Notes: generated from the letters alone by a model not told the origin. 38,133 nt of DNA from a virus (IMGVR_UViG_3300031836_000031:1-38133); one strand, 5' to 3'. Shown: positions 27,529-35,536, numbered from the stretch's first letter. Numbers and translations: made by a program.

Positions 27529-28764
27529 ATGACCACCTCAACCGCAATCACCCCCTACGCCGCTGAACCGCTTGACGAGCGCATCAAATACGCGCAGGTT
27601 CTCGCCCGCGCCTCGCTCATCCCGAAATCGCTGTGGGATTCCAACCGCAACGACGAAAACGGCCGCCTCGTCCTCGGTGGCCCGTCGGTCGGTAACGTGC
27701 TGCTCGTCATGGAACACGGCGCCATGCTCGGATTGCACCCTATGGCCGCGATCAACGGCATTTTCATCATCGAGGGCAAGGCGTCGATGAGCGCCAATCT
27801 GATGAGCGCCGTTGTCCGATCGAAGGGGTTCACGCTGCGTGTAACGACGGATGGCGACTGGGGGTCGGCATTCAAGGCCACCGCGACGATCGTCCGACCG
27901 GATGACCCCGAATTCACCTATTCGGTGACGTGGACTGAGGCGAAGGCGAAGCGCGCCGACCTCACCGGTAAGGACAACTGGCGCAAGTACCCCGAGGCGA
28001 TGGCGAAAGCCCGCGCAATCTCCGAAGTCATCCGCGAAGGCGCCACCGACGCGCTCAACGGACTGGCATACACTCCCGAAGAGCTCGGCGCACGGGTAAA
28101 TGAGTCGGGCGACTACGACCCCGAAGACGTGGGCGAACTACTCCCCGAACCCGCGGCCACCCCGAGCGCGAAGCCCGCGGCACGCAAACAGGCGACGAAC
28201 GGCACCCAGGGCACCCGCAAGCCGAAGCCCGAACCGACCTCAGCACCGACCCCCGAGCCTGCCGCCCCGGCCGCACCGACCGAGCCAACCCCGAAGGCTC
28301 AAGAGGCGCCGGGCACCCCGGCCGCGTTCCACCACCGCGCCAAGCCGGGCGAAACGGTCGAACAGTGGCAGTCACGCGAAGCCGCCGACCGGGCCGACGC
28401 GCTCACGCAGGCTTACGACCAGCCCGAAGAGCCGGCCGACGAGCCCGAAGATCAGGGCCGCCCCGCCGTTATGGACGACGACGCCGCCCCGGCCGAAGAC
28501 GTAGTAGACGCCGTGCTGGTCGAGGACGACGCCGAGGCGATGGAGAAGGCGCAGCGTGCATGGGAAGCATCCGAACAGATGCGGATGGTCGCCGAACGTG
28601 ACGCCGCCGATCCCGAAACGTGGGAAGCCCAGCTCACCCGTGCCGCGACCGTCGAGGATTGCCGCCTGATCTGGAACGGTGCCGACAATGCCCGCGAACT
28701 CGACACCGAACTCCGCACGCACATCATGGCGAAAAAGGCCGAACTCGAAAAGATGGACGCGTAA
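27529..28764 (+). CDS. RecT/Beta-like single-strand annealing protein with long acidic/Pro-rich tail
   Basis: LGLHPMAAINGIFIIEGK and NWRKYPEAMAKARAIS...YTPEEL motifs; AGGAG RBS. Confidence 0.85.
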   Translation: MTTSTAITPYAAEPLDERIKYAQVLARASLIPKSLWDSNRNDENGRLVLGGPSVGNVLLVMEHGAMLGLHPMAAINGIFIIEGKASMSANLMSAVVRSKGFTLRVTTDGDWGSAFKATATIVRPDDPEFTYSVTWTEAKAKRADLTGKDNWRKYPEAMAKARAISEVIREGATDALNGLAYTPEELGARVNESGDYDPEDVGELLPEPAATPSAKPAARKQATNGTQGTRKPKPEPTSAPTPEPAAPAAPTEPTPKAQEAPGTPAAFHHRAKPGETVEQWQSREAADRADALTQAYDQPEEPADEPEDQGRPAVMDDDAAPAEDVVDAVLVEDDAEAMEKAQRAWEASEQMRMVAERDAADPETWEAQLTRAATVEDCRLIWNGADNARELDTELRTHIMAKKAELEKMDA

Positions 28765-28766
28765 CT

Positions 28767-29210
28767 ATGACCTTGCAGCAGGCCCCCGGTATCCAGCCGG
28801 GGGCCTTGCCCCGCTCCGGGTCGTTCGCCTCCAGCGAGGTTTTGCCGCTCATTCAGCAGGCATCCCACCGGCTGACCGAGCTACGCGGCGACTGGCGCGA
28901 GCTGCGCGACCATGCGGCAACGGCGAAGGCAGACGCAAAGCGCATCCGCGCGGGGCTCATGGTCAGGCTCCGCGTATTCGGAAACGAACAGACCAGCGGG
29001 CACCCAATGAAAACCGCTGTCGAGCGCTCAGAGTGGGCAGATGCCGAACCGGCGGTGCAGGACGCCGAGCTGGCCGCCGACCTGGCCCAGAGCGCTTCTA
29101 TGGACGCCCGCGCAGCCCTCGATCATGCCGAAGAGTATTTCGGCACGCTCCGCTCGATGCTCGGTATCGAACGTGACGATTTGCAGGGCCAGCGCCAAAT
29201 CCCCCAGTAA
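28767..29210 (+). CDS. Coiled-coil hypothetical protein (possible recombination accessory)
   Basis: Follows the SSAP gene; helical, TAVERSEWAD...TLRSM. Confidence 0.65.
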   Translation: MTLQQAPGIQPGALPRSGSFASSEVLPLIQQASHRLTELRGDWRELRDHAATAKADAKRIRAGLMVRLRVFGNEQTSGHPMKTAVERSEWADAEPAVQDAELAADLAQSASMDARAALDHAEEYFGTLRSMLGIERDDLQGQRQIPQ

Positions 29211-29236
29211 CCCCGAGCAATTGCGACGTACACTAG

Positions 29237-29268
29237 AGGCCCTGAGCTATTCCAGCTCGGGGCCTTTG
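29237..29268 (+). terminator. Intrinsic terminator
   Basis: AGGCCCTGAGCT-ATTCC-AGCTCGGGGCCT-TTG. Confidence 0.6.
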
Positions 29269-29282
29269 TCGAAGGGGGAGCC

Positions 29283-29624
29283 GTGGCCGTACCGAAATGG
29301 CCGGCGCTGACCGTGGCGAAGCTCTCAAAGGTCGCTGGCCGGCGTTGCTGGCACTGTGGCGACACGGAAACCCCAACGGTGCAACACCGGGCCGTAAAGG
29401 GCACGGGAGGCCGCAGATCGGCCGACAGGCCATCGAACGGCTTGATTTTATGCTGGGCATTCAACTGCCTAATCGAGTCCGACGCCACGGCGGCCGAACT
29501 TGCCAGGGCGAACGGCTGGAAGATCAGCACACACTCCGACCCGGCCAAGGTGCCGGCGTTCGACGTGAATACCGGACTTACCTACCTGATCGCGGACGAT
29601 TTCACGCGAGAAGCGATACGGTGA
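29283..29624 (+). CDS. HNH-family endonuclease
   Basis: CWHCG...QHR..KGTGG...SNGLILC..FN. Confidence 0.75.
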   Translation: MAVPKWPALTVAKLSKVAGRRCWHCGDTETPTVQHRAVKGTGGRRSADRPSNGLILCWAFNCLIESDATAAELARANGWKISTHSDPAKVPAFDVNTGLTYLIADDFTREAIR

Positions 29625-29787
29625 CAAAAGAAAAGCCCCCGGGACGGTAAACCCCGGGGGCAACGTTTCAAACCAACAATGCGGGTAGCATCCGCGGTAG
29701 ACAGTCTACCGGATGCCCTGCGGAAATTTACAGGTAGCACCAGATGAATAATTACAGCCCCAATCGCCATTCAGCCGGGATGATGCC

Positions 29788-30078
29788 ATGAGTAACCAGG
29801 CCCTCACATGGGCCTTTGATACCGAGTTACCACCCAGCCCTAAATTTGTTCTCGTCGTCCTGGCTGACTATGCCGACGAAGAGCACTCGTGCTACCCCGG
29901 GCAGGACAAGATAGCCCAGCGAACTGGGGCCGGCGTCCGAACCGTTCGCCGCGCACTCGCCGACCTTGAGCAGGCCGGTTTTATCCGCCGGGTCCACCGG
30001 TACAAGAGCTCCGGTTATCGCACTTCGGACCGCTACGAGCTTGCAGTGAATCAGGTAAGCGGCCATTTTGGCCGGTAG
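29788..30078 (+). CDS. Minimal replication initiator (wHTH, HTH_36-type; 96 aa)
   Basis: KFVLVVLADYAD...CYPGQDKIAQRTG..VRTVRRALADLEQAGFIRR...SDRYEL; abuts the iterons. Confidence 0.8.
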   Translation: MSNQALTWAFDTELPPSPKFVLVVLADYADEEHSCYPGQDKIAQRTGAGVRTVRRALADLEQAGFIRRVHRYKSSGYRTSDRYELAVNQVSGHFGR

Positions 30079-30227
30079 GATTCCGGGCCTCAAAACCCCA
30101 AATCACTACCGGCCAAATCTGCACGACTACCGGCCAAATACGACAGGCCTACCGGCCAAATTGGCCGGATTAGTTAACCCCCAGTGTTAACCCTTAGGTA
30201 AACCATTATTCCTCCCGCTTTTAACCC
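30066..30227. repeat. Probable replication origin: iterons plus AT-rich repeats
   Basis: CTACCGGCCAAAT at 30106, 30127 and 30149 (21/22-bp spacing), inverted copy at 30066-30078, then GTTAACCC x2, GTAAACC and TTTAACCC. Confidence 0.8.
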
Positions 30228-30259
30228 AACGGGTCACCGTCGCGCGAGGGGATCACTCG

Positions 30260-30294
30260 AACGGCCCCGCAGCTCATCACTGCGGGGCCGTTTC
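30260..30294 (+). terminator. Intrinsic terminator
   Basis: AACGGCCCCGCAG-CTCATCA-CTGCGGGGCCGTT-TC. Confidence 0.75.
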
Positions 30295-30466
30295 TGCGTC
30301 CATGCTCGATTTGGGAGTACGGAGCCTCGCTATGGGGTTTAGTACCCCTCCGTGCTCTCTAATCGAGCACGGACCGCAGACGGCGGCCCGGCCGGTCTTC
30401 GATCGCGTTTCGTATCGGTGGCGCCGCCGAATTGCTCCGCAATCCGCCGCCCTGAATGCGAGGATG

Positions 30467-30506
30467 GTTGCGCGAGTAACCATGTGGGGCAATTGCTCGC
30501 TATACT
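30467..30506 (+). promoter_or_regulatory. Operator(s) and -10 box for the SSB/ThyX operon
   Basis: GTTGCGCGAGTAAC at 30467-30480, GGGCAATTGC, TATACT at 30501-30506. Confidence 0.6.
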
Positions 30507-30539
30507 GGAAGGATTCGCACGCCATCGAAAGGGCACAAG

Positions 30540-30818
30540 ATGACCACCGCACCGAAGCCATTGCAGGGTTTGACCAGATCAGATTTCCCCGACGTGGGAG
30601 AGAAGCGATTCTGGGAGGTTAGCCATAACGCCAAGTCCCGCCTCAAGCCGATCACGATCACGCTGCGCGAGTCCGTCGTGGCTGGCCGTCAGGTCGTCGG
30701 TATGAGTCGGATTCTTGGCTTTGATCACACGATCGCGGATCGTGACCAGATCATCGAAACGGCCGAGCTGATCGACGCCCGGATTTCAAACGTCGATAAC
30801 GTCGTGGGGGTCTTCTGA
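30540..30818 (+). CDS. Hypothetical protein
   Basis: CGAAAGGG RBS. Confidence 0.75.
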   Translation: MTTAPKPLQGLTRSDFPDVGEKRFWEVSHNAKSRLKPITITLRESVVAGRQVVGMSRILGFDHTIADRDQIIETAELIDARISNVDNVVGVF

Positions 30819-30991
30819 TGGCTGCTCTCGATCACAAAAAGGTCCTGGCGCTGGAAAGCGGCAAAACCGTACAGCTCACTGACGCCGAGCTGGCCGAGCT
30901 CAAGCGCTGGACGCCGCCCTACGTCGAACTGACCGTTACCACGCTCGGCGCTGACCGCAACATGGTCTCTTCCACCTGCGAGGAAGACTGA
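30818..30991 (+). CDS. Small hypothetical protein (57 aa, not in track)
   Basis: TGATG coupling at both ends; MAALDHKKVLALESGKTVQLTDAELAELKRW... Confidence 0.65.
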   Translation: MAALDHKKVLALESGKTVQLTDAELAELKRWTPPYVELTVTTLGADRNMVSSTCEED

Positions 30992-31275
30992 TGGCTGCCG
31001 GCCACATCATCGGGATCGACCCGGTGAGCGAACGCGTCGTGATGCTGCGCTCGTCCGCTATCGACGGCCTGGCCGTGCGCCAGGTTGACGTGATGACGGA
31101 GCGTGAGGCCAGAAGTGCCGCGCGCGGCCTCCTGCTCGCCGCTGACGGCCTCGCGGGCAGGTTCCCGGCACAGGTAGTCACGCAAGCCCCAGAACCGTCT
31201 CAGGCGGCGTTTGACCTCGATTTAGACCGGGAGCCGACCGGCGCCGGGAACAGCACGACCGAACGGAGCAACTGA
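30991..31275 (+). CDS. Hypothetical protein
   Basis: TGATG coupling. Confidence 0.65.
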   Translation: MAAGHIIGIDPVSERVVMLRSSAIDGLAVRQVDVMTEREARSAARGLLLAADGLAGRFPAQVVTQAPEPSQAAFDLDLDREPTGAGNSTTERSN

Positions 31276-31277
31276 AC

Positions 31278-31433
31278 ATGGCACGCAGGACACCCGAGGA
31301 AGAGCTAGAACACCAGATGCAGAAGATGAAAGACGCGGGCGTGAAGATCATCGTTACTCAACCCGGGCCGTGGGCATCTGCTATCGCTGCCGCCGCAAAA
31401 ACTGCCGGAATCTACGAAGAAAAGAGCAACTGA
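31278..31433 (+). CDS. Small hypothetical protein (51 aa, not in track)
   Basis: GGAG RBS; [25 protein letters not shown]...; fills the gap. Confidence 0.6.
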   Translation: MARRTPEEELEHQMQKMKDAGVKIIVTQPGPWASAIAAAAKTAGIYEEKSN

Positions 31434-31435
31434 CC

Positions 31436-31753
31436 ATGAGCACCAAATACCGCAAGAAGCCCGTCGTCATCAAGGCTATGCCCCTATCAGGAACACCCTC
31501 CGAATGGATGGAGGTCTACCAGTGGATCGAAAGGAACACCCTCGGATCGTTCGAGCCGATGGGTGTGATCGAGGGGCGCGACCCTTACCCCGCCAGCGGT
31601 GTGAGCATCGACCCCCGCGACGGTCGTCTTATGATCTCGACATTGGAAGGCCCGCACTGGGCCAACGCTGGCGACTTCATCATTCAAGGAGTAGACGGCG
31701 AGTTCTACCCCTGCAAACCCGACATTTTCGCCGCGACTTACGAGGCTGTCTGA
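31436..31753 (+). CDS. Conserved phage protein (KKPV / TLEG / YPCKPDIF family)
   Basis: [11 protein letters not shown]...ISTLEG...[25 protein letters not shown]. Confidence 0.85.
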   Translation: MSTKYRKKPVVIKAMPLSGTPSEWMEVYQWIERNTLGSFEPMGVIEGRDPYPASGVSIDPRDGRLMISTLEGPHWANAGDFIIQGVDGEFYPCKPDIFAATYEAV

Positions 31754-32262
31754 TGGCTGGCGAAACGGTAATAACAGTCGTCGGGAATCTGACGAGTGCG
31801 CCGGAATTGCGGTACACGCAGAACGGCTTGGCCGTCGCAAACTTCACCATTGCATCGACGCCGCGCAGCTTTGACCGGGCGGCGAACGAGTGGAAAGACG
31901 GCGACGCACTGTTTCTACGTGCGAGCGTCTGGCGAGATTTCGCCGAGCACGTTGCGGGCAGCCTCGATAAGGGCTCGCGCGTCATCGCTACCGGCCGCCT
32001 CAAGCAGCGCTCCTACGAGACGAAGGAAGGTGAAAAGCGCACCTCGATGGAGCTTGAAATCGATGAGATTGGCCCGTCGCTGAGGTACGCCACTGCGAGC
32101 CTGACTCGGGCGCAGTCGAACACGGCGCCGCGCACCGGCACCACCGCGGCGAATGACGAGCCCTGGGAACCAACTACCCCGGCGGCTACCTCGGCGCCCG
32201 CGGCATCCGGCGGCGACGTATGGAACGCGCCGGGTAGCTTCTCAGATGACCAGCCCTTCTGA
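31753..32262 (+). CDS. ssb: Single-stranded DNA-binding protein
   Basis: [36 protein letters not shown]...C-terminal DDQPF. Confidence 0.97.
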   Translation: MAGETVITVVGNLTSAPELRYTQNGLAVANFTIASTPRSFDRAANEWKDGDALFLRASVWRDFAEHVAGSLDKGSRVIATGRLKQRSYETKEGEKRTSMELEIDEIGPSLRYATASLTRAQSNTAPRTGTTAANDEPWEPTTPAATSAPAASGGDVWNAPGSFSDDQPF

Positions 32263-32963
32263 TGACGGCCCCCACTTTCACCAGCGCCCTAACCGTGGAA
32301 CTGCTCGAAAGCATGGCCTCTGACGGCATCCCCGCCCGGCGTGCACGAGTATCTACGAACGGCGGCGACAACACCGACAGCATGAAGACCGAGGGCCTGA
32401 TCGGCTACCTGATGCGTGACCGGCACGGCGCACCGTTCGAGCACGCCGTGATGACGTTCTCAATCCACGCACCTATTTTCGTGATGCGCGAGCTGATGCG
32501 GCACCGGATCGCCAGCTATTCGGAAGAGTCAGGCCGGTACCGGGAGCTGCAGCCGGTGTTCTACATGCCGGATGCTGGCCGAAAGCTTGTGCAGACGGGC
32601 AAAGTCGGCGCTTATGTTTTCGAGTCGGGGACAGCCGATCAGGGCTCTAACACTGTCGTTGCGATCAAGTACGCGAATACTAAGGCTTACATCGAATATG
32701 CGTACATGCTCAGGCAGGGGATCGCCCGCGAGGTCGCCCGCATGTGCCTCCCGGTGAACATTTTCAGCACCGTGCACATGACGATCAACGCCCGCTCGCT
32801 GATGAACCTGTTGAGCTTGCGCGTGATCGACCCGGACAGCACCTACCCGAGCTTTCCACAGTGGGAAATCGAGCAGGTAGCCCGGCAGATGGAAGAGGCA
32901 TTCTCGGAGCTGATGCCGCTGACCCATGCCGCGTTCGTCAAGGCCGGCAGGGTTTCGCCGTGA
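32262..32963 (+). CDS. thyX: Flavin-dependent thymidylate synthase
   Basis: HGAPFEH, RHR-x7-S motif (RHRIASYSEESGRY), AREVAR, INARSLMNLLSLR, QWEI. Confidence 0.96.
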   Translation: MTAPTFTSALTVELLESMASDGIPARRARVSTNGGDNTDSMKTEGLIGYLMRDRHGAPFEHAVMTFSIHAPIFVMRELMRHRIASYSEESGRYRELQPVFYMPDAGRKLVQTGKVGAYVFESGTADQGSNTVVAIKYANTKAYIEYAYMLRQGIAREVARMCLPVNIFSTVHMTINARSLMNLLSLRVIDPDSTYPSFPQWEIEQVARQMEEAFSELMPLTHAAFVKAGRVSP

Positions 32964-33211
32964 CCCGGCAGGCAGAAGAGTGCCGAACGTTCGAGGTCGA
33001 CGGCGAGGCGGTGAGCATTTTCGGCGCCCAACCGCTGACCGATGACGACGTGAGCGCGTTCACTCAGGTCGTCCGCGCGGCGAAAGCTCACGCAGCTGCG
33101 CAGGATCCGCGCCCCTGCAACTCGCCGCGCTGCGATTCTCACGAGACGCACACGCACGGCGCCGACTGCGGCCCGCGCTGCCTATGCGGCCAGGGGATGC
33201 CGGCGGCGTGA
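32960..33211 (+). CDS. Hypothetical protein with Cys/His-rich C-terminus
   Basis: GTGA overlaps at both ends. Confidence 0.6.
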   Translation: MTRQAEECRTFEVDGEAVSIFGAQPLTDDDVSAFTQVVRAAKAHAAAQDPRPCNSPRCDSHETHTHGADCGPRCLCGQGMPAA

Positions 33212-33675
33212 TCCACCGGTTCGAGTTCGAAGCCCTGGGGATGCCACCGCAACCCCAGGGCTCTCTGGCGTTCAAGGGTATGCGCGGCCGAAAGGGCGGC
33301 AAACAGACCGCGATCCTGACCAGCGATAACCCGCAGCTCAAGACGTGGCGCGCGATCGTCGCCAACGCGGCACGCCGCGCGCTCCCCGCCGGGTGGACGC
33401 CGCTAGACGAGCCCGTGAGAGTGTCCGCCGAGTTTCGCATGAAAAGCCCGCAGCGCCCGTCCTACGCACTGCCGGCGACAAAACCCGATGCCGACAAGCT
33501 CATGCGCTCGATTCTCGACTCAATGGCCGACGCCGGGGTCTACACGAACGATTCCCGCGTGGCCCAATTCGGGCAGGTAGACGAAAAATACGCCGACTGG
33601 GCAAACCCGGTCGGCGTATTCGTCATAGTGGAATGGGGCGACTTGCGCCGCCCGTCAATCAGGGCCGCGGGCTAA
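33208..33675 (+). CDS. rusA: RusA-family Holliday junction resolvase
   Basis: PQPQGS...WR...KPDADKLMRSILDSM...YTNDSRV. Confidence 0.9.
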   Translation: MIHRFEFEALGMPPQPQGSLAFKGMRGRKGGKQTAILTSDNPQLKTWRAIVANAARRALPAGWTPLDEPVRVSAEFRMKSPQRPSYALPATKPDADKLMRSILDSMADAGVYTNDSRVAQFGQVDEKYADWANPVGVFVIVEWGDLRRPSIRAAG

Positions 33676-34030
33676 GGCCTGACTGCTCACCCATAGACAG
33701 GTCGAACGCGGCGCGCTCGGCGTCACGCTGCGCCTGCTCGGCAGCCTCAGCATCCGCCAGGCGGCGTTTACCGTCGCGCACCGCACGCATGATCGTCGGC
33801 CGGCTGACCTCGGCCGCAAATTGCGCCTGGTCCCATGTGGCGCCCTCGGCAAGCATTTGCCGCACGAGTCGGTATTGCTCATCGCGGGCGGCGCTTTCCC
33901 TGGCGGTCAGGTCGCGCAGGGTGTCGGCGATGGCGTGAAGCCTGGTCCTGACTGCTTGTGTCGGGTCGGCCTCGGCGGGGAGCTGCTCGGGGGTGTTTGC
34001 GGTCTTTTGGTTCATGCGCCAGTTAGCCAT
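33659..34030 (-). CDS. Leftward HTH DNA-binding protein
   Basis: AAGGAG RBS; LAEGATWDQAQFAAEVSRPTIMRAVR HTH-like segment flanked by coiled coils. Confidence 0.65.
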   Translation of the reverse strand: MANWRMNQKTANTPEQLPAEADPTQAVRTRLHAIADTLRDLTARESAARDEQYRLVRQMLAEGATWDQAQFAAEVSRPTIMRAVRDGKRRLADAEAAEQAQRDAERAAFDLSMGEQSGLSPRP

Positions 34031-34173
34031 GTCGCGCTCCTTATTTCGTCGGATTTAGCCCCCCCCAAGTGGCTAGTTTATTGGTGAATTGCTGAATAAG
34101 TCATGGGGCTTGACTATGAGGATTATTTCGGCGTCTCCCGTAAATAGGGGGATTCTAGCCCCGCACTGGGGTA

Positions 34174-34227
34174 CGACACGCCCGAGTTGCGCGGCCAATT
34201 GCGCGGGCAACCAAACGGGGTTAGTCT
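34174..34227 (+). promoter_or_regulatory. Early promoter with tandem operators and GACAC box
   Basis: CGACACGCCCG at 34174-34184; operators at 34186-34199 and 34198-34211; TTGCGC-17-TAGTCT. Confidence 0.72.
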
Positions 34228-34256
34228 CTCTATATAGCCACTCGAAAGGGCACCCA

Positions 34257-34475
34257 ATGAAAAACACCACACACCGCTCAAGCCCCGTCGTCGCCATCAC
34301 CGACATGCACGTACTGACCGTCATCGCCTCGGGTGCCATCCTCGGAGTCTTCGCCCGCACTACCCAGTGGGACACCGAAGGCCACGAGAAGGCCGAACAG
34401 GCTGCCGCCGGCCTCATCAGCTCGGGATCGTACAAGCGCGGCCAGCTCTCCATTCAGCGCCACGAGCTGCGCTAA
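34257..34475 (+). CDS. Hypothetical protein
   Basis: CGAAAGGG RBS; first gene after the promoter. Confidence 0.7.
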   Translation: MKNTTHRSSPVVAITDMHVLTVIASGAILGVFARTTQWDTEGHEKAEQAAAGLISSGSYKRGQLSIQRHELR

Positions 34476-34532
34476 CCCTCATCCGATCCGGGCCGGCTAT
34501 CCAGCCGGCCCCATGCCCGAAAGGCCCACCCC

Positions 34533-35177
34533 ATGCAGAGCATCATCCTCGCACCCGCACATATCCACTCGATCGCCAGCATTGCCGCCGCGACGAGCAA
34601 AGACAGCATGACCCCGATCCTGGAGCACATACAGATCACCGTAGACGCTGGCGCCGTCACCGCCCTAGCCACTGACCGTTACCGCGCAGCGCGCGTTCAG
34701 TTCGACCTGCCCACCGATGAGAAGACCGGGGAGGTCGCCACCCTAGAGCCCGTAGCTATCCCGGCCGCGCTGCTCGTCGCATTCTCCAAAGCTCTCAAGG
34801 CGGCCAAGGTCGGCCCCGCTCTCGACGTGACACTGACTGTCGATGAGAGCCGCGTCACTCTCGCCCACCTGTCAGGCGTGCAGCTCGCCGGCGATACCAG
34901 CGCCCAGAACTTCCCGCCCGTCGGCCGTCTGATCGACGGCTACAAGCCCGGCGACGTGCGAGACGTGATCCTGCGCCCCGACTTCATGGCCGACGCCTCG
35001 AAATTCATGCTCCCGAGCGACCCGACCGCCGCCGCCGCGAAGCTCGCCGGCTGGGGAATGCAGTTCAGCTACGCCAGCGCGCACAAGCCCGGCCCGGTGC
35101 TCCTGAGCCGTTCCGAAGGTGGCGCAGGCACCGGACGCATTCAGTACATGCTCCAGCCGAATCTGAAACTCAGCTAA
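34533..35177 (+). CDS. DNA polymerase III beta-clamp-like protein (shortened, 214 aa)
   Basis: PILEHIQI...ALATDRYRAA, NFPPVGRLI and terminal YMLQP match DnaN domain II/III motifs. Confidence 0.75.
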   Translation: MQSIILAPAHIHSIASIAAATSKDSMTPILEHIQITVDAGAVTALATDRYRAARVQFDLPTDEKTGEVATLEPVAIPAALLVAFSKALKAAKVGPALDVTLTVDESRVTLAHLSGVQLAGDTSAQNFPPVGRLIDGYKPGDVRDVILRPDFMADASKFMLPSDPTAAAAKLAGWGMQFSYASAHKPGPVLLSRSEGGAGTGRIQYMLQPNLKLS

Positions 35178-35536
35178 TGGCCCGCCCTCGCTCGGTATTG
35201 TCCGCGGTAGTCCCGCGGGCCACGAAGCCGAAGCCCGCCCCGGTCGCCATCGTGCACCGGTGGCGGTCCCGGCCCACCCTGCCCGGCCCGTTCGGCGATC
35301 AAGACCTGCCCTACACCGGCCCTGAGGCCGACGTGCGCGCCCGGCACGCCGCCGACACCCTCGCCGGCATGGCGCCGATCCTCGAAACCCACTCAGCCGC
35401 CCACTGGTCACAACACCGTGACGTGCCAACCATGCGCGAGCTCGCGGCGCTTGGCCTGGCGCAAGAGGTCGCCCCCAACATTTTCCAAGCCACCCCGGCC
35501 GGACAGGCACGAATCTATGAGGCGATGAGCGCATGA
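35177..35536 (+). CDS. Hypothetical protein (wHTH-like C-terminus)
   Basis: TAATG coupling; MRELAALGLA...ATPAG. Confidence 0.6.
   Translation: MARPRSVLSAVVPRATKPKPAPVAIVHRWRSRPTLPGPFGDQDLPYTGPEADVRARHAADTLAGMAPILETHSAAHWSQHRDVPTMRELAALGLAQEVAPNIFQATPAGQARIYEAMSA

Noticed and set aside
26334-27551. 405-aa minus-strand ORF
   Set aside because: Antisense shadow of the YqaJ exonuclease with no motifs or RBS. Unlike the intein-nested ORF, the recognisable protein here is on the plus strand.
30066-30170. Repeats as a mini CRISPR array
   Set aside because: 13-bp units with 8-9 bp spacers next to an initiator gene fit iterons; no cas genes are present.
30277-30622. ORFs 30302-30622(+) and 30277-30561(-)
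   Set aside because: No RBS, atypical composition, and they overlap hairpins, a promoter and the better-supported 30540 gene.
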